DNA of 64,000 bases, taken from contig CAVURI010000002.1 in assembly GCA_963743845.1 (NCBI GenBank), positions 55,781 through 119,780 of the forward strand, read 5' to 3'. Made by a program: the position numbers and the translations under genes. Under the pieces are notes generated by a model, which was not told the origin of the DNA, did not search any database, and saw only the letters and a program-made list of their open reading frames with translations. The DNA is from an uncultured Solirubrobacterales bacterium (GTDB lineage: Bacteria > Actinomycetota > Thermoleophilia > Solirubrobacterales > 70-9). The first letter of the stretch is position 1. The number at the start of each line of letters is the position of its first letter. Shown here piece after piece: positions 45,671-54,479 of this stretch.

Positions 45671-47537
45671 GTGTCCGGCTGTCGATTGCAGTCGCTGACC
45701 GCTTTGTCGCTGCGTCGCCGCGGCTGCCCAGGTCCGGCGGTCGGCTACGGCGACCAGGCCGGCTGCCGGCGGTGGGCCGGAGCCGGGGTACGTTCACGCG
45801 GCCGACCACGCCTCGATCCCGAGCTCGCGTGCGCGCGCGAGATCGGCCCGACGAACTCGGCCCCGAACGTCGACACCGGCGGGCCGCCGGCGAAGGTCGG
45901 GCGCTGGGTCGAAGGATCCGCCGGGGTGATCGATCTGCCGAACTTCGCGATCCACGCGGTGCTGATGCCGACCGGGAAGGTGCTCTTCTGGGGCTACCCA
46001 CCGACGCCCGACGGCGGCACCACGCCGAACAGCGGCAGGGCGGCGATCTGGGATCCGAGCCTCGGCACCGGGAGCCGCTCGCTGAAGCAGGTCGACCCGC
46101 CGAAGATCGATCCCGACGGGCCCGAGCGGTCCCCAGGCGAGCGTCCCGGCTCCGATCTACGCCTCCGGTCAGTCGCTGCTGCCGAGCGGCGACGTGCTCG
46201 TCGCCGGCGGCAACCGGTCTGGCCCGAGCAGTACCCGAACGACGCCTACACCGACACGTCCGGCCTGCGCGACGGCGTTCACGTTCGACCCCTTCGCCGA
46301 GCGGTGGGTGCGCCAGGACGACATGACCGAGGGGCGCTGGCAGCCGAGCCAGGTCCTGCTCAGCGACGGCCGTACGGCGATCGTCGGCGGCCGGACCGGC
46401 GATCAGAGCCCGCCCGGGACGGCTTCGAGCGGCAACGACAGGGCCGAGACCTTCAGCGCATCGAAGGCGAACGGCGGCGTCGGACGCTTCGCGGCGGCCG
46501 GTCAGGGTGCCGAGTTCCTCACCTCGCTGAACCCGCACCTGTTCGCGCTGCCCGACGACAGGATGCTCATGTTCGGGCCCGGTTTCTGGGAGACGAGCCG
46601 CTACGAGCTCCCCTCCGGAGGGACGGCGACCCGGTATCTACGGCGATGACGCCCCCGACGGACTCAGCCGCTACGGCGGGACCGCGGTTCTCAGGCCCGG
46701 CGGGTTCGAAGGAAGCTGGACCGCGGTCCAGCTCGGAGGCTGGGACGACAGTCGGCCTGCCGACGAAGACGGCGTGCAGCGCGCGACCGACAGCACCACC
46801 GAGATCGACGGCGAGACGCTGGACTCGACGCGCGGGGAGACCACGCCGGTAGCTCGCGCCTACGCGAACACGGTGCTGCTGCCCGATCGCTCGATGGTCA
46901 CCGTCGGCGGCGCCGCTGGTCGCGGCGGGGGGTTCGGCAGCTACTTCACCGGCGGTGACCCGAACCTGAAGCGCGTCGAGGTCTACGACCCGGCGACCGA
47001 CAGCTGGAGACTGGGCCCGAACCAGCGCGAGTACCGCACCTACCACTCGGTCGCGCTGCTGCTTCCGGACGGCCGCGTCTGGTCGGCCGGCGACGACTAC
47101 TACGAGGTCGAGCCGGCCGAGGGCGGCGACGGCTTCAAGGCCCTCGACGGCGGACACGGGCGAGCTCTACGAGCCGCCCGTACCTGTTCCAGGAAGGGAC
47201 CGAGGCCGGTGATCAAGGGGGTCGCCAAGCAGCTCGCCTACGGCGACGAGTTCGGCGTCAAGACCGAGAACGGGCGCGGTCAGACGGCCGTGCTGATGGC
47301 GCCCGGAGCGGTCACTCGCTCCGTCGACAACCAGCAGCGGATGGTCGTGCTCAAGAAGCTCGCAGAAGGTTCCCGGGGAAGGGGCTCAACATGAAGACCC
47401 CGAGCGACGCCGGAGCCGCTCCACCCGGGTACTACATGCTGTTCGTGATCAGCTCCGACGGCGAGCCGTCGAAGGCCGAATGGGTGAAGCTGAGCGACAG
47501 CGCCAACCCGGGCAAGAGCAAGCCGCTCAAGCCCTGA
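45671..47537 (+). CDS. GlxA/glyoxal-oxidase-like radical copper oxidase, paralog 2, at least 6 frame breaks
   Basis: GTG 45671 follows AAAGGGG. Pieces: VIDLPNFAIHAVLMPTGKVLFWGYPP, FDPFAERWVRQDDMTEGRWQPSQVLLSDGRTAIVGG and YHSVALLLPDGRVWSAGDDYY. The end reads YYMLFVISSDGEPSKAEWVKLSDSANPGKSKPLKP*. Confidence 0.65.
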
Positions 47538-47544
47538 GCCGCGG

Positions 47545-48072
47545 CTAGATCGCGCCTACCCTGGGCCTGACGGGCGGTTCGGCTCTCGTCGGCGGTTCGC
47601 GGCGCCTCTCGGCCGGCTCGTCGCCGTTGCCGTTCGGCGCCGCGGCCCCTCGCCCCGCAGCTGCCGGTTCTCGGCGTCGAGCCGGGAGATCGTCTGCGCG
47701 AGGATCTTCGTCTCCTCGCTGAGCGCGCGAGATCGCGGCCGAGAAGTTGAGCAGCATCGCGACGACGGCGACGAGGCCGAGCAGGAAGAGGGCGTTGGTC
47801 GGCGACTCGATCCCGCTCTGCTCGGCGAGCCAGTTGAGCGCGTCGTTCCAGACCGCCATGACGACGCCGAAGATCGCGATCGTCATCCACAGCAGCGCGT
47901 AGCGCTCGACCAGCTTGCGGCGCCGGACCAGCTCGATCACGAACCCGAGGAAGAGGAGGGTGCCGACGATCGCGATGATCTGCGCCCGGTAGGAGACCTC
48001 GCCGGGGTCCTGATCGCCGCGGTTGAAGAGCTGGGCGAGCAGGATCGCGCCGTTGTGGATCGCCGCGATCAC
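47545..48072 (-). CDS. DUF2304-family small membrane protein, 2 frame breaks
   Basis: IIAIVGTLLFLGFVIELVRRRKLVERYALLWMTIAIFGVVMAVW..LAEQSGIESPTNALFLLGLVAVVAMLL, then (shift) SRLSEETKILAQTISRLDAENRQL. Its ATG overlaps the stop of the upstream GT2 by 4 nt. Confidence 0.6.
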   Translation of the reverse strand: MIAAIHNGAILLAQLFNRGDQDPGEVSYRAQIIAIVGTLLFLGFVIELVRRRKLVERYALLWMTIAIFGVVMAVWNDALNWLAEQSGIESPTNALFLLGLVAVVAMLLNFSAAISRAQRGDEDPRADDLPARRREPAAAGRGAAAPNGNGDEPAERRREPPTRAEPPVRPRVGAI

Positions 48073-48974
48073 GGGCGCTCAGCCTCGGGCTCGGGGGCGC
48101 GGGCGTGGAGGCCGGCGCGGGCGGGCGCCGGGTGGGCGCCGGCTCCGGCCGATGCGGCGCCGGGCGCGACCGCGGCGAACTCGCCGGTCCCCGGCAGCTT
48201 GCCGGCGTTCGGGACCGGCCGCCGCCGCAGCAGGCCGACGAAGATCGCCAGCATCACCTTGACCATGTAGTAGCCGGCGCTCAGGTAGTCGATCGAGCTC
48301 TCGCCGAAGCCGCGGGCGTTCATCCGCACGTGCACCTCGTGGATCTTGAGCCGGTGCGCGTGCAGCATCAGGATCGCCTCGACCTCGGGGTAGTCGTGCG
48401 GGTAGTCGCGGGCGAACAGCTCGATGCCGTTGCGGTTGACCATCCGGAAGCCCGAGGTCGGATCGGTGATCGGCTGGCGGCAGATCGCGCTGAGCACGAC
48501 GCCGAAGATCCGGTTGCCGAGCTTGCGCATGAACGGGACCTTGTAGCCGGGGTCGCCGAGGAAGCGGGAGCCGTAGACCATGTCGGCCTCGCTGCCGCTG
48601 GTGTGCAGCGCCTCGACCATCTCGGGCAGGTACTCGGGCTTGTGCTGGCCGTCGCCGTCGACCTGGACGGCGAGGTCGTAGTTGCGATGCAGCGCGTACT
48701 TGTAGCCGGCCTGCATGGCGCCGCCGATGCCGAGGTTGAAGGGCTGGCGGAGGACGACCGCGCCGGCCGCCTCGGCCGCTGCCGCGGTCCCGTCGAGCGA
48801 GCCGTCGTCGACGACGACGACGTCGAAGCCGGGCGCATGGCGATGGATGTCGCGGACGACGCGGGCGATCATGTCCTGCTCGTTGTAGGCCGGAACGATC
48901 GCGAGCTTGCGCAGGGAATGGGAACCGGAAGCGCTCACGGGTGGATCACAGTAGCGCCGCAGGCACCCGGGCAT
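48069..48974 (-). CDS. family-2 glycosyltransferase (polyprenol-phosphate sugar synthase-like), intact
   Basis: ORF 48069..48974. Motifs: LAIVPAYNEQDMI, VVVVDDGSLDGT, VQVDGDGQHKPEYL and ITDPTSGFRM. GTG 48938 is an alternative start. Confidence 0.85.
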   Translation of the reverse strand: MPGCLRRYCDPPVSASGSHSLRKLAIVPAYNEQDMIARVVRDIHRHAPGFDVVVVDDGSLDGTAAAAEAAGAVVLRQPFNLGIGGAMQAGYKYALHRNYDLAVQVDGDGQHKPEYLPEMVEALHTSGSEADMVYGSRFLGDPGYKVPFMRKLGNRIFGVVLSAICRQPITDPTSGFRMVNRNGIELFARDYPHDYPEVEAILMLHAHRLKIHEVHVRMNARGFGESSIDYLSAGYYMVKVMLAIFVGLLRRRPVPNAGKLPGTGEFAAVAPGAASAGAGAHPAPARAGLHARAPEPEAERP

Positions 48975-49006
48975 CCGGCTCCGAACCCGCTCGGGGAGCG
49001 GATCTC

Positions 49007-49586
49007 TCAGGCGCCGGCGCCGGTCTCGAACGCGCTCGGGGACCGGCGTCCGGCCGAGCGTCGCGCAGCAGGGCGAGGTGCTGGGCGCTGCTCGCCGCGA
49101 TCGAGGCGACGAGGCGCCGGGTCGTCCGCCGACTCGAGCGGGCCGACCGCGTCGAGGTAGGCGAGGTAGGCCTGGTTCTCGAACCCGAGCGCGAGCTCCA
49201 TGTAGCCGTTGCCGGAGCGGGCCTTGCCGAGGCCCGGGATGCCGACGTCGCTCGCGCCAGGGCCGCCGCGCCGCGCGGCGGCGAACTCGAGAGCGAGCGC
49301 CCGAGCGCCTTCAGGTGCAGGCGGGCGTGCTCGCGCAGGGTCTCGGCGAGGCGTCTTCTGCGAGCTGTCGAGGCGGCCGCTCGACAGCGCCGACTCCGTA
49401 GAGGGCGATCAGGGTCTGCTCGAGGCCGGTCGCGGTGGCGAGCAGCGTGTCGTCGGCGGTCTGGGCGGCGGCCGGCGCTGCCGCCAGGAGCCCGCCGAGG
49501 AGCGTGGGGGCGCGACGACGGCGCGCCAGCGCCGGCGCCGGGCGGCGAGCGCTCGCCGCGTGATCGGCCGTCGGCTCAGGCGGCAT
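49007..49586 (-). CDS. ferritin-like-domain protein (second of a pair), about 3 frame breaks
   Basis: [43 protein letters not shown] (RR signal), LATATGLEQTLIALYG, AETLREHARLHLKAL, MELALGFENQAYLAYLDAV and IAASSAQHLALLRDA. Confidence 0.45.
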
Positions 49587-50172
49587 CGGCCTCGGTCCTC
49601 TCGGCCCCCGGGAAGGGCTCGGCGTCGCGGACGCTGCCGAGCACGACCAGGTGCTGGGCGTCGTTGGCGAAGCATCGTCAGCAGCTCGCGGCGCCGGCCC
49701 GGATCGGGCGAGGCGGCGATCGCGTTCGGGTACTCGTCGATCAGGCGTCGGGCGATCCCCTTCGAGGCGAACGTCGCCGACTCCTCGTCGCGGACGTAGA
49801 TCGTGTTCTCGGGGGCCGGCGGCACGGTCGCGCCGACCGTGGTGAGCAGCTCGGCGAGGGCGTCGGCGTGGGCGCTCGCCTGCGCGGCGAAGTCGGCGAA
49901 GCGGCGGGCGCTCGTCGTCCTCGGAGAAGCGGGCGCCGGACTCGAAGGTGGTCGCGGACTGTCGCTCGAGCTGCAGGAGCTTCGCGATCGACGCCGCCTC
50001 GCTTCCCGCCTCGCCCGGCAGGTTCTCCCGCGGCGGCGCCGCATCGTCGTCGCCGCAACCGGACCCGGCCGAAGCCGAGGGCGAGCGCGGCGAGGCCGCC
50101 GCCCGCGCCGAGCAGCGCCTCGCGACGGCCGATCGTGTGGCCGTCGCCCGCGTCGTCGGATCCCCGCTGCAT
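49576..50172 (-). CDS. Tat-signal ferritin-like-domain protein (first of a pair), about 3 frame breaks
   Basis: [72 protein letters not shown] and [11 protein letters not shown]. The end is rebuilt as ..[20 protein letters not shown]. Confidence 0.5.
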
Positions 50173-50227
50173 CGCATCGATGCTAGATGGCACCGCGGCT
50201 CGTCCCGCTTGCTGCATCCTGTCGGCG

Positions 50228-50969
50228 ATGAGCGGCGGCACAGCGATCGAAGCACGGGACGGAAGGGCTGCGGCAGCTCGCCGAGGAGATCAGCGGCTGC
50301 ACCCGCTGCCCGCGGCTGGTCGAGTGGCGCGAGCTCGCCGCCGCCGAGCCGCCGAAGCGCTACCGCGGGCAGGACTACTGGGCCCGCCCGGTGCCGGGCT
50401 TCGGCGATCCCGCACGCCTCGATCCTCGTCGTCGGCCTCGCTCCCGCCGCCCACGGCGCCAACCGCACCGGGCGCATGTTCACCGGCGACCGCTCCGGCG
50501 ACTGGCTGTATGCGGCGATGCACCGGGCCGGCCTCGCCAACCAGCCGACCTCGGTCGACGCCGGCGACGGGCTCGAGCTGATCGGCGCCTGGGTCACGGC
50601 TCCGGTCCGCTGCGCGCCGCCGGCGAACAAGCCCGAGCCCGGCCGAGCGGGACAACTGCCTTCCCTACCTGGAGCGGGAGCTCGACCTGCTCGACGGCGA
50701 TCCGTGTGATCGTCTGCCTCGGCAGCTTCGGCTGGGCCGCTGTGCTGCGCTCGCTCGCCGCCTTCGGGCACGAGCTGCCGAAGCCGCGACCGAAGTTCGG
50801 CCACGGCGCCGAGGCCGAGGTCGGCCCCTACCGGCTCGTCGGCTGCTTCCACCCGAGCCAGCAGAACACCTTCACCGGCAAGCTGACCGAGCCGATGATC
50901 GACGCCGTCTTCGGCCGCGCCGCCGAGCTCGCCGGGCGCTCGAAGCCGGCGGCGGGAGCGGGGGCCTGA
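50228..50969 (+). CDS. uracil-DNA glycosylase, family 5 (UdgB-type, Fe-S), about 4 frame breaks
   Basis: Motifs: [45 protein letters not shown] ([13 protein letters not shown] is the family-5 motif A), [10 protein letters not shown] and [15 protein letters not shown]. Confidence 0.7.
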
Positions 50970-50971
50970 GC

Positions 50972-51646
50972 GTGGGCCGGGCCGTCGAGCCGTCGCCGCC
51001 GAGCCTGGCTCCCGGCGGAGGAGCTGGAGGCCGCCGAGCTGCCGGATGGCGGCGAGCTGCGCGAGCTCGATCTCTCGGAGGCGCTGGTCGACCACTCCGG
51101 CCGCGCCGGGATCGCGACGCCGCGGCTGCGGATCGACGAGTCGAGCTGCGCGGCCTCGGGCTCGACGGCAGCCGGCTCGAGGACCTGATGCTGCGCGACT
51201 GCCGGCTCGTCAACTGCGACCTCTCCAACGTCTCCGCCCGCCGCGGCCAGATCCGCCGGATCGAGTCGGCCGAGTCGAAGTGGATCGGCTTCGCCCTGAT
51301 CGAGGGCGAGCTCAGCGACGCATCCTTCGCCTCCGGCTCGATGTTCCTGAGCTCGTTCGCGCACTCGACCCTGCGCCGCGTCCGCTTCGCCGGCGTCAAC
51401 CTGCGCGAGGCCGCCTTCGTCTCCTGCGATCTCGAGTCGGTCGTCTTCGAGGACTGCGAGCTGGCCGGGGCCGACTTCCGCGGCGCCTCGCTGCGCAACT
51501 GCGCGATCCGCGGCTGCTCGCTCGAGGGCGTCGTCGGCGTCGAGTCGATGCGCGGCCTGGCGATGCCGTGGCCGGAGCTGCTCGACTCCGCCGGCCCGAT
51601 GGCCGCAGCCCTCGGCATCGAGGTGGACGAGCCGGACGAGGACTGA
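50972..51646 (+). CDS. pentapeptide-repeat protein, one frame break in the N-terminal part
   Basis: Consecutive A(D/N)LXX-type pentads: LMLRDCRLVNCDLSNVSARRGQIRRIESAESKWIGFALIEGELSDASFASGSMFLSSFAHSTLRRVRFAGVNLREAAFVSCDLESVVFEDCELAGADFRGASLRNCAIRGCSL. The start lies 2 nt after the UDG stop. Confidence 0.7.
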   Translation: MGRAVEPSPPSLAPGGGAGGRRAAGWRRAARARSLGGAGRPLRPRRDRDAAAADRRVELRGLGLDGSRLEDLMLRDCRLVNCDLSNVSARRGQIRRIESAESKWIGFALIEGELSDASFASGSMFLSSFAHSTLRRVRFAGVNLREAAFVSCDLESVVFEDCELAGADFRGASLRNCAIRGCSLEGVVGVESMRGLAMPWPELLDSAGPMAAALGIEVDEPDED

Positions 51647-51672
51647 GCGCGACCGGGTCGGGCGCCTCGGGC

Positions 51673-53007
51673 CTAGAGGCCGCTGGGCGTGCGCTCGGGC
51701 CGGGCCAGGCCCTCGCCCTCGGCCGCGTGCTCGACCGCCGCCGCGACGGCGCGGTGCACGGCCGGGTCGAGCGCGTCGGGGACGAGCTCGCTCTCGGCGG
51801 TGAGGCCGGCGATCGCGTGGGCGGCGGCGATCTTCATCCCGGTCGAGATCTCGCTGGCGCCGGCGGCGAGCGCGCCGCGGAAGATGCCGGGGAAGCCGAG
51901 CACGTTGTTGACGCTGGTCCCGTCGGCCGCGTAGGCGGCGCCGGCGGCGAGCGCGTCGTTGGGCTCGATCTCGGGGTGGGGGTTGGTCAGCGCCAGGATC
52001 ACCGAGCCGGGGCGGACGTCGTCGGGCTTGATCAGGCCGCTGACGCCGGTCGTCGCGACGACCACGTCGCAGCCGCTCATCACCTCCTGGTAGGAGACGA
52101 CCTCGATCCCGTGCAGGCGGGCGCGCTCGTGCGAGGCCTCGGCCGGGTCGGAGGCGAGCACCCGGGCGACGCCGGCGTCGACCATCATCGAGGCGATCCC
52201 GAAGCCGGCGGCGCCGAGCCCGATCTGGCCGACGGTCGCGCTCGTCAGGTCGATCCCGACCTGTTCGCAGGCGGCGAGCACGGCGGCCAGGGTCGCGACT
52301 CCGGTCCCGTGGACGTCGTCGTGCATGACCGGCTGCTCGAGCGCGTTGTGGAGCCGGGCCTCGATCTCGAAGCAGTCGGGGACGCGGATGTCCTCGAGGT
52401 GGATCGCGCCGAAGCCGGGGGCGATCCTGATCACGGTCTCGACGAACTCGTCGACGTCGGTCGTGTCGATCAGGATCGGCATCGCGCTGATCCCGGCCAT
52501 CTGGTCGTAGAAGAGCGCCTTGCCCTCCATCACCGGCATCGAGGCGACGGGGCCGATGTCGCCGAGCCCGAGGACGCGGGTGCCGTTCGTGCAGATCGCG
52601 ACGGTGCGGCCGATCATCGTGAACCGGGCCGCCAGCGCCGGGTCGTTCTCGATCGCCGTGCAGACGCGGGCGACGCCGGGCGTGTAGACGTCGCGCATGT
52701 TCTGGAGGGTCTCGAGCGGGCTGATCGCGCCGATCCGCAGCTTGCCGCCCTCGTGCGCATCGAGGGCGCGGTCGTAGTAGGAGAGCAGGCGCACGTCCTC
52801 GAGCCCGCGCAGGTGCTCGGCGACCGAGTGGGCGCCGGCGATGTCGACGACCTCGACCGAGATCTCGCGGACCGAGCGGTCGCGACCCATGTTCAGGGTG
52901 ACGATGTCGCCGATCAGCCCGTCGGCGTCGGAGATCGAGTTGCAGACCTTGGCGAGCTGGCCCCTGATGTGGGGCTGGTCGATGCGAAAGACGTAGTCGA
53001 GGGCCAT
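51673..53007 (-). CDS. NAD(P)-dependent malic enzyme (short bacterial type with N-terminal ACT-like domain), intact
   Basis: ORF 51673..53007. Motifs: VYTPGVARVC, TNGTRVLGLGDIGP, MPVMEGKALF, FGAIHLEDI, HDDVHGTGV, GLGAAGFG and NNVLGFPGIFRGAL. Confidence 0.85.
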   Translation of the reverse strand: MALDYVFRIDQPHIRGQLAKVCNSISDADGLIGDIVTLNMGRDRSVREISVEVVDIAGAHSVAEHLRGLEDVRLLSYYDRALDAHEGGKLRIGAISPLETLQNMRDVYTPGVARVCTAIENDPALAARFTMIGRTVAICTNGTRVLGLGDIGPVASMPVMEGKALFYDQMAGISAMPILIDTTDVDEFVETVIRIAPGFGAIHLEDIRVPDCFEIEARLHNALEQPVMHDDVHGTGVATLAAVLAACEQVGIDLTSATVGQIGLGAAGFGIASMMVDAGVARVLASDPAEASHERARLHGIEVVSYQEVMSGCDVVVATTGVSGLIKPDDVRPGSVILALTNPHPEIEPNDALAAGAAYAADGTSVNNVLGFPGIFRGALAAGASEISTGMKIAAAHAIAGLTAESELVPDALDPAVHRAVAAAVEHAAEGEGLARPERTPSGL

Positions 53008-53050
53008 TGCGAGAGCCGATCCGGGCGGGGGTGGGGCGGGGGAAGGCGCC

Positions 53051-53056
53051 TAGTAT
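53051..53056 (+). promoter_or_regulatory. -10-like hexamer TAGTAT 11 nt upstream of pgsA GTG (near-leaderless arrangement)
   Basis: Read directly from the sequence, in the 60-nt divergent region between the malic enzyme gene and pgsA. Confidence 0.25.
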
Positions 53057-53067
53057 CGCCTACGCAC

Positions 53068-53653
53068 GTGATCCCGCTCAATCTCCCGAACGCGTTGACG
53101 CTGCTGCGGATCCTCGCCGTGCCGGTCGTCGTCGTCGCGCTCGTCGTCGAGATCCCCAACGGCGACCTGATCGCCGCGATCGTCTTCGCCCTCGCCGCCG
53201 CGACCGACGGCCTCGACGGCTACATCGCCCGCCGCCGCAACCAGATCACGGACTTCGGCAAGCTGATGGACCCGATCGCGGACAAGCTGCTGGTCGTCGC
53301 CGCGCTCGTCAGCCTCGTCTCCCTGGGCCGCCTCGCAGGCCTGGATCGCGATGGTGATCATCGCCCGCGAGATCGCCGTCACCGGCCTCCGCTCGCTGGC
53401 CGCCGAGCAGGGCGTGATCGTCTCCGCGAACTGGCACGGCAAGATCAAGACCACCCTCCAGATCGCCGCGATCTTCGCGCTGATCGCCTACGACCCCTCG
53501 CCGCTCGCCGTCGACCTGCTCGTCTACGCCGCGGTCGCGATGACCGTGATCAGCGGCGTCATCTACTTCATCGACGTCCGCAGGACCCTCGCCGACGTCG
53601 GCGAGGCCGCCGAGGACGCCAAGCGCAACGCCGAGCCCGACGCCGCGGGCTGA
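53068..53653 (+). CDS. pgsA: CDP-diacylglycerol--glycerol-3-phosphate 3-phosphatidyltransferase, one frame break near 53335
   Basis: Motifs: NLPNALTLLRILAVPVVV, AATDGLDGYIARRRNQITDFGKLMDPIADKLL (CDP-alcohol phosphatidyltransferase motif) and MVIIAREIAVTGLR. Confidence 0.8.
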
Positions 53654-53662
53654 GCCGACGGG

Positions 53663-54352
53663 TCAGGCGGCCGGGCCGGCGAGCCCCGGCAGGCCACGCG
53701 CGATGATCACCCCGGCCCTGACGCTCGAGACGACGGTCACGCCTTCGACCCGTGGCGGGCCGTCGAGCTGCTGGAAGCCGCGGCCGCCGAACATGATGTG
53801 AGGGGCGTCCGGCCCGAGCCTTTCCTTGACGACCGCTGCGATCGCCTGAGCCTCCTGACAGTGCTCGGGCAGCGAGGCACCGATCCCGAGCAGCTTGCAG
53901 CTCCGCCGTTCGAGGACCGGGACGAGGTCGGCGGCCGTGAGCCCGGTGCCGAGCAGGCGGACCCGCCAGCCGTCGGCCTCGAGGGCGTCGGCGACGATCT
54001 GCAGCGGGATCTGGTGCTGGTCGCCGGTGACGCCGCAGAGGACGGCGTCCCCGCGGCTCATCGCGCGAGGCGGGAGGTGGTCGAGCATCGCGGAGAGGAC
54101 GAACTGGGTGACGCCGGTGGCGAGATGCTCGTCGGCGACGGTGATCCGTTCCTGCTCCCAGAGCTTGCCGACCCGCTCCTGACCGGAGGCGACGACCTCC
54201 TCGAGCACGGGCAGATAGCCGGTGCCCGCGACCGTCTCCTCGACTATCCCGAGCGCGCGCCTCCGATTGCCGGCGAGGATCGCGTCGACGAACGCGTCAC
54301 GCGATTCGTCGAGCCGGCGCGACTGCCGGGCCGTGGTGTGCGTCAGCGCCAT
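53663..54352 (-). CDS. stand-alone cobalamin-binding protein (helical B12-binding_2 cap + B12-binding Rossmann-like domain; AerR/PpaA/CarH-C-like), intact
   Basis: ORF 53663..54352. There is an N-terminal four-helix-type region and no DNA-binding domain. GVTGDQHQIPLQIVADALEADGWRV matches the DxHxx(G) lower-ligand loop context. Also LLGIGASL.. Confidence 0.65.
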   Translation of the reverse strand: MALTHTTARQSRRLDESRDAFVDAILAGNRRRALGIVEETVAGTGYLPVLEEVVASGQERVGKLWEQERITVADEHLATGVTQFVLSAMLDHLPPRAMSRGDAVLCGVTGDQHQIPLQIVADALEADGWRVRLLGTGLTAADLVPVLERRSCKLLGIGASLPEHCQEAQAIAAVVKERLGPDAPHIMFGGRGFQQLDGPPRVEGVTVVSSVRAGVIIARGLPGLAGPAA

Positions 54353-54479
54353 CCAACCTTCCCGGTCGCGTGCCCGCTCCGTACAGCCATCGGCCTCGTC
54401 GGGCCGCTCCTTCTAGTCGGTAGAAAGCACGGAACCGAGCGCCGGCGGCCCGTGCGTCGGCGCCGCGGCGGTCAGGCGC

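Noticed and set aside
45325-46326. 333-aa ORF bridging the end of GlxA-like paralog 1 and the start of paralog 2 (possible fusion)
   Set aside because: After ..AEWVKLSGDANKRK the translation becomes Arg/Pro-rich nonsense. It crosses an AT-richer intergenic stretch that contains a good RBS and GTG for paralog 2. The paralog 2 homolog ends shortly after the same AEWVKLS motif.
51046-53706. 886-aa plus-strand ORF spanning the malic-enzyme region
   Set aside because: Only its last part (about 53068-53340) is real, as the N-terminal part of pgsA. The rest is antisense read-through opposite the intact malic enzyme gene.
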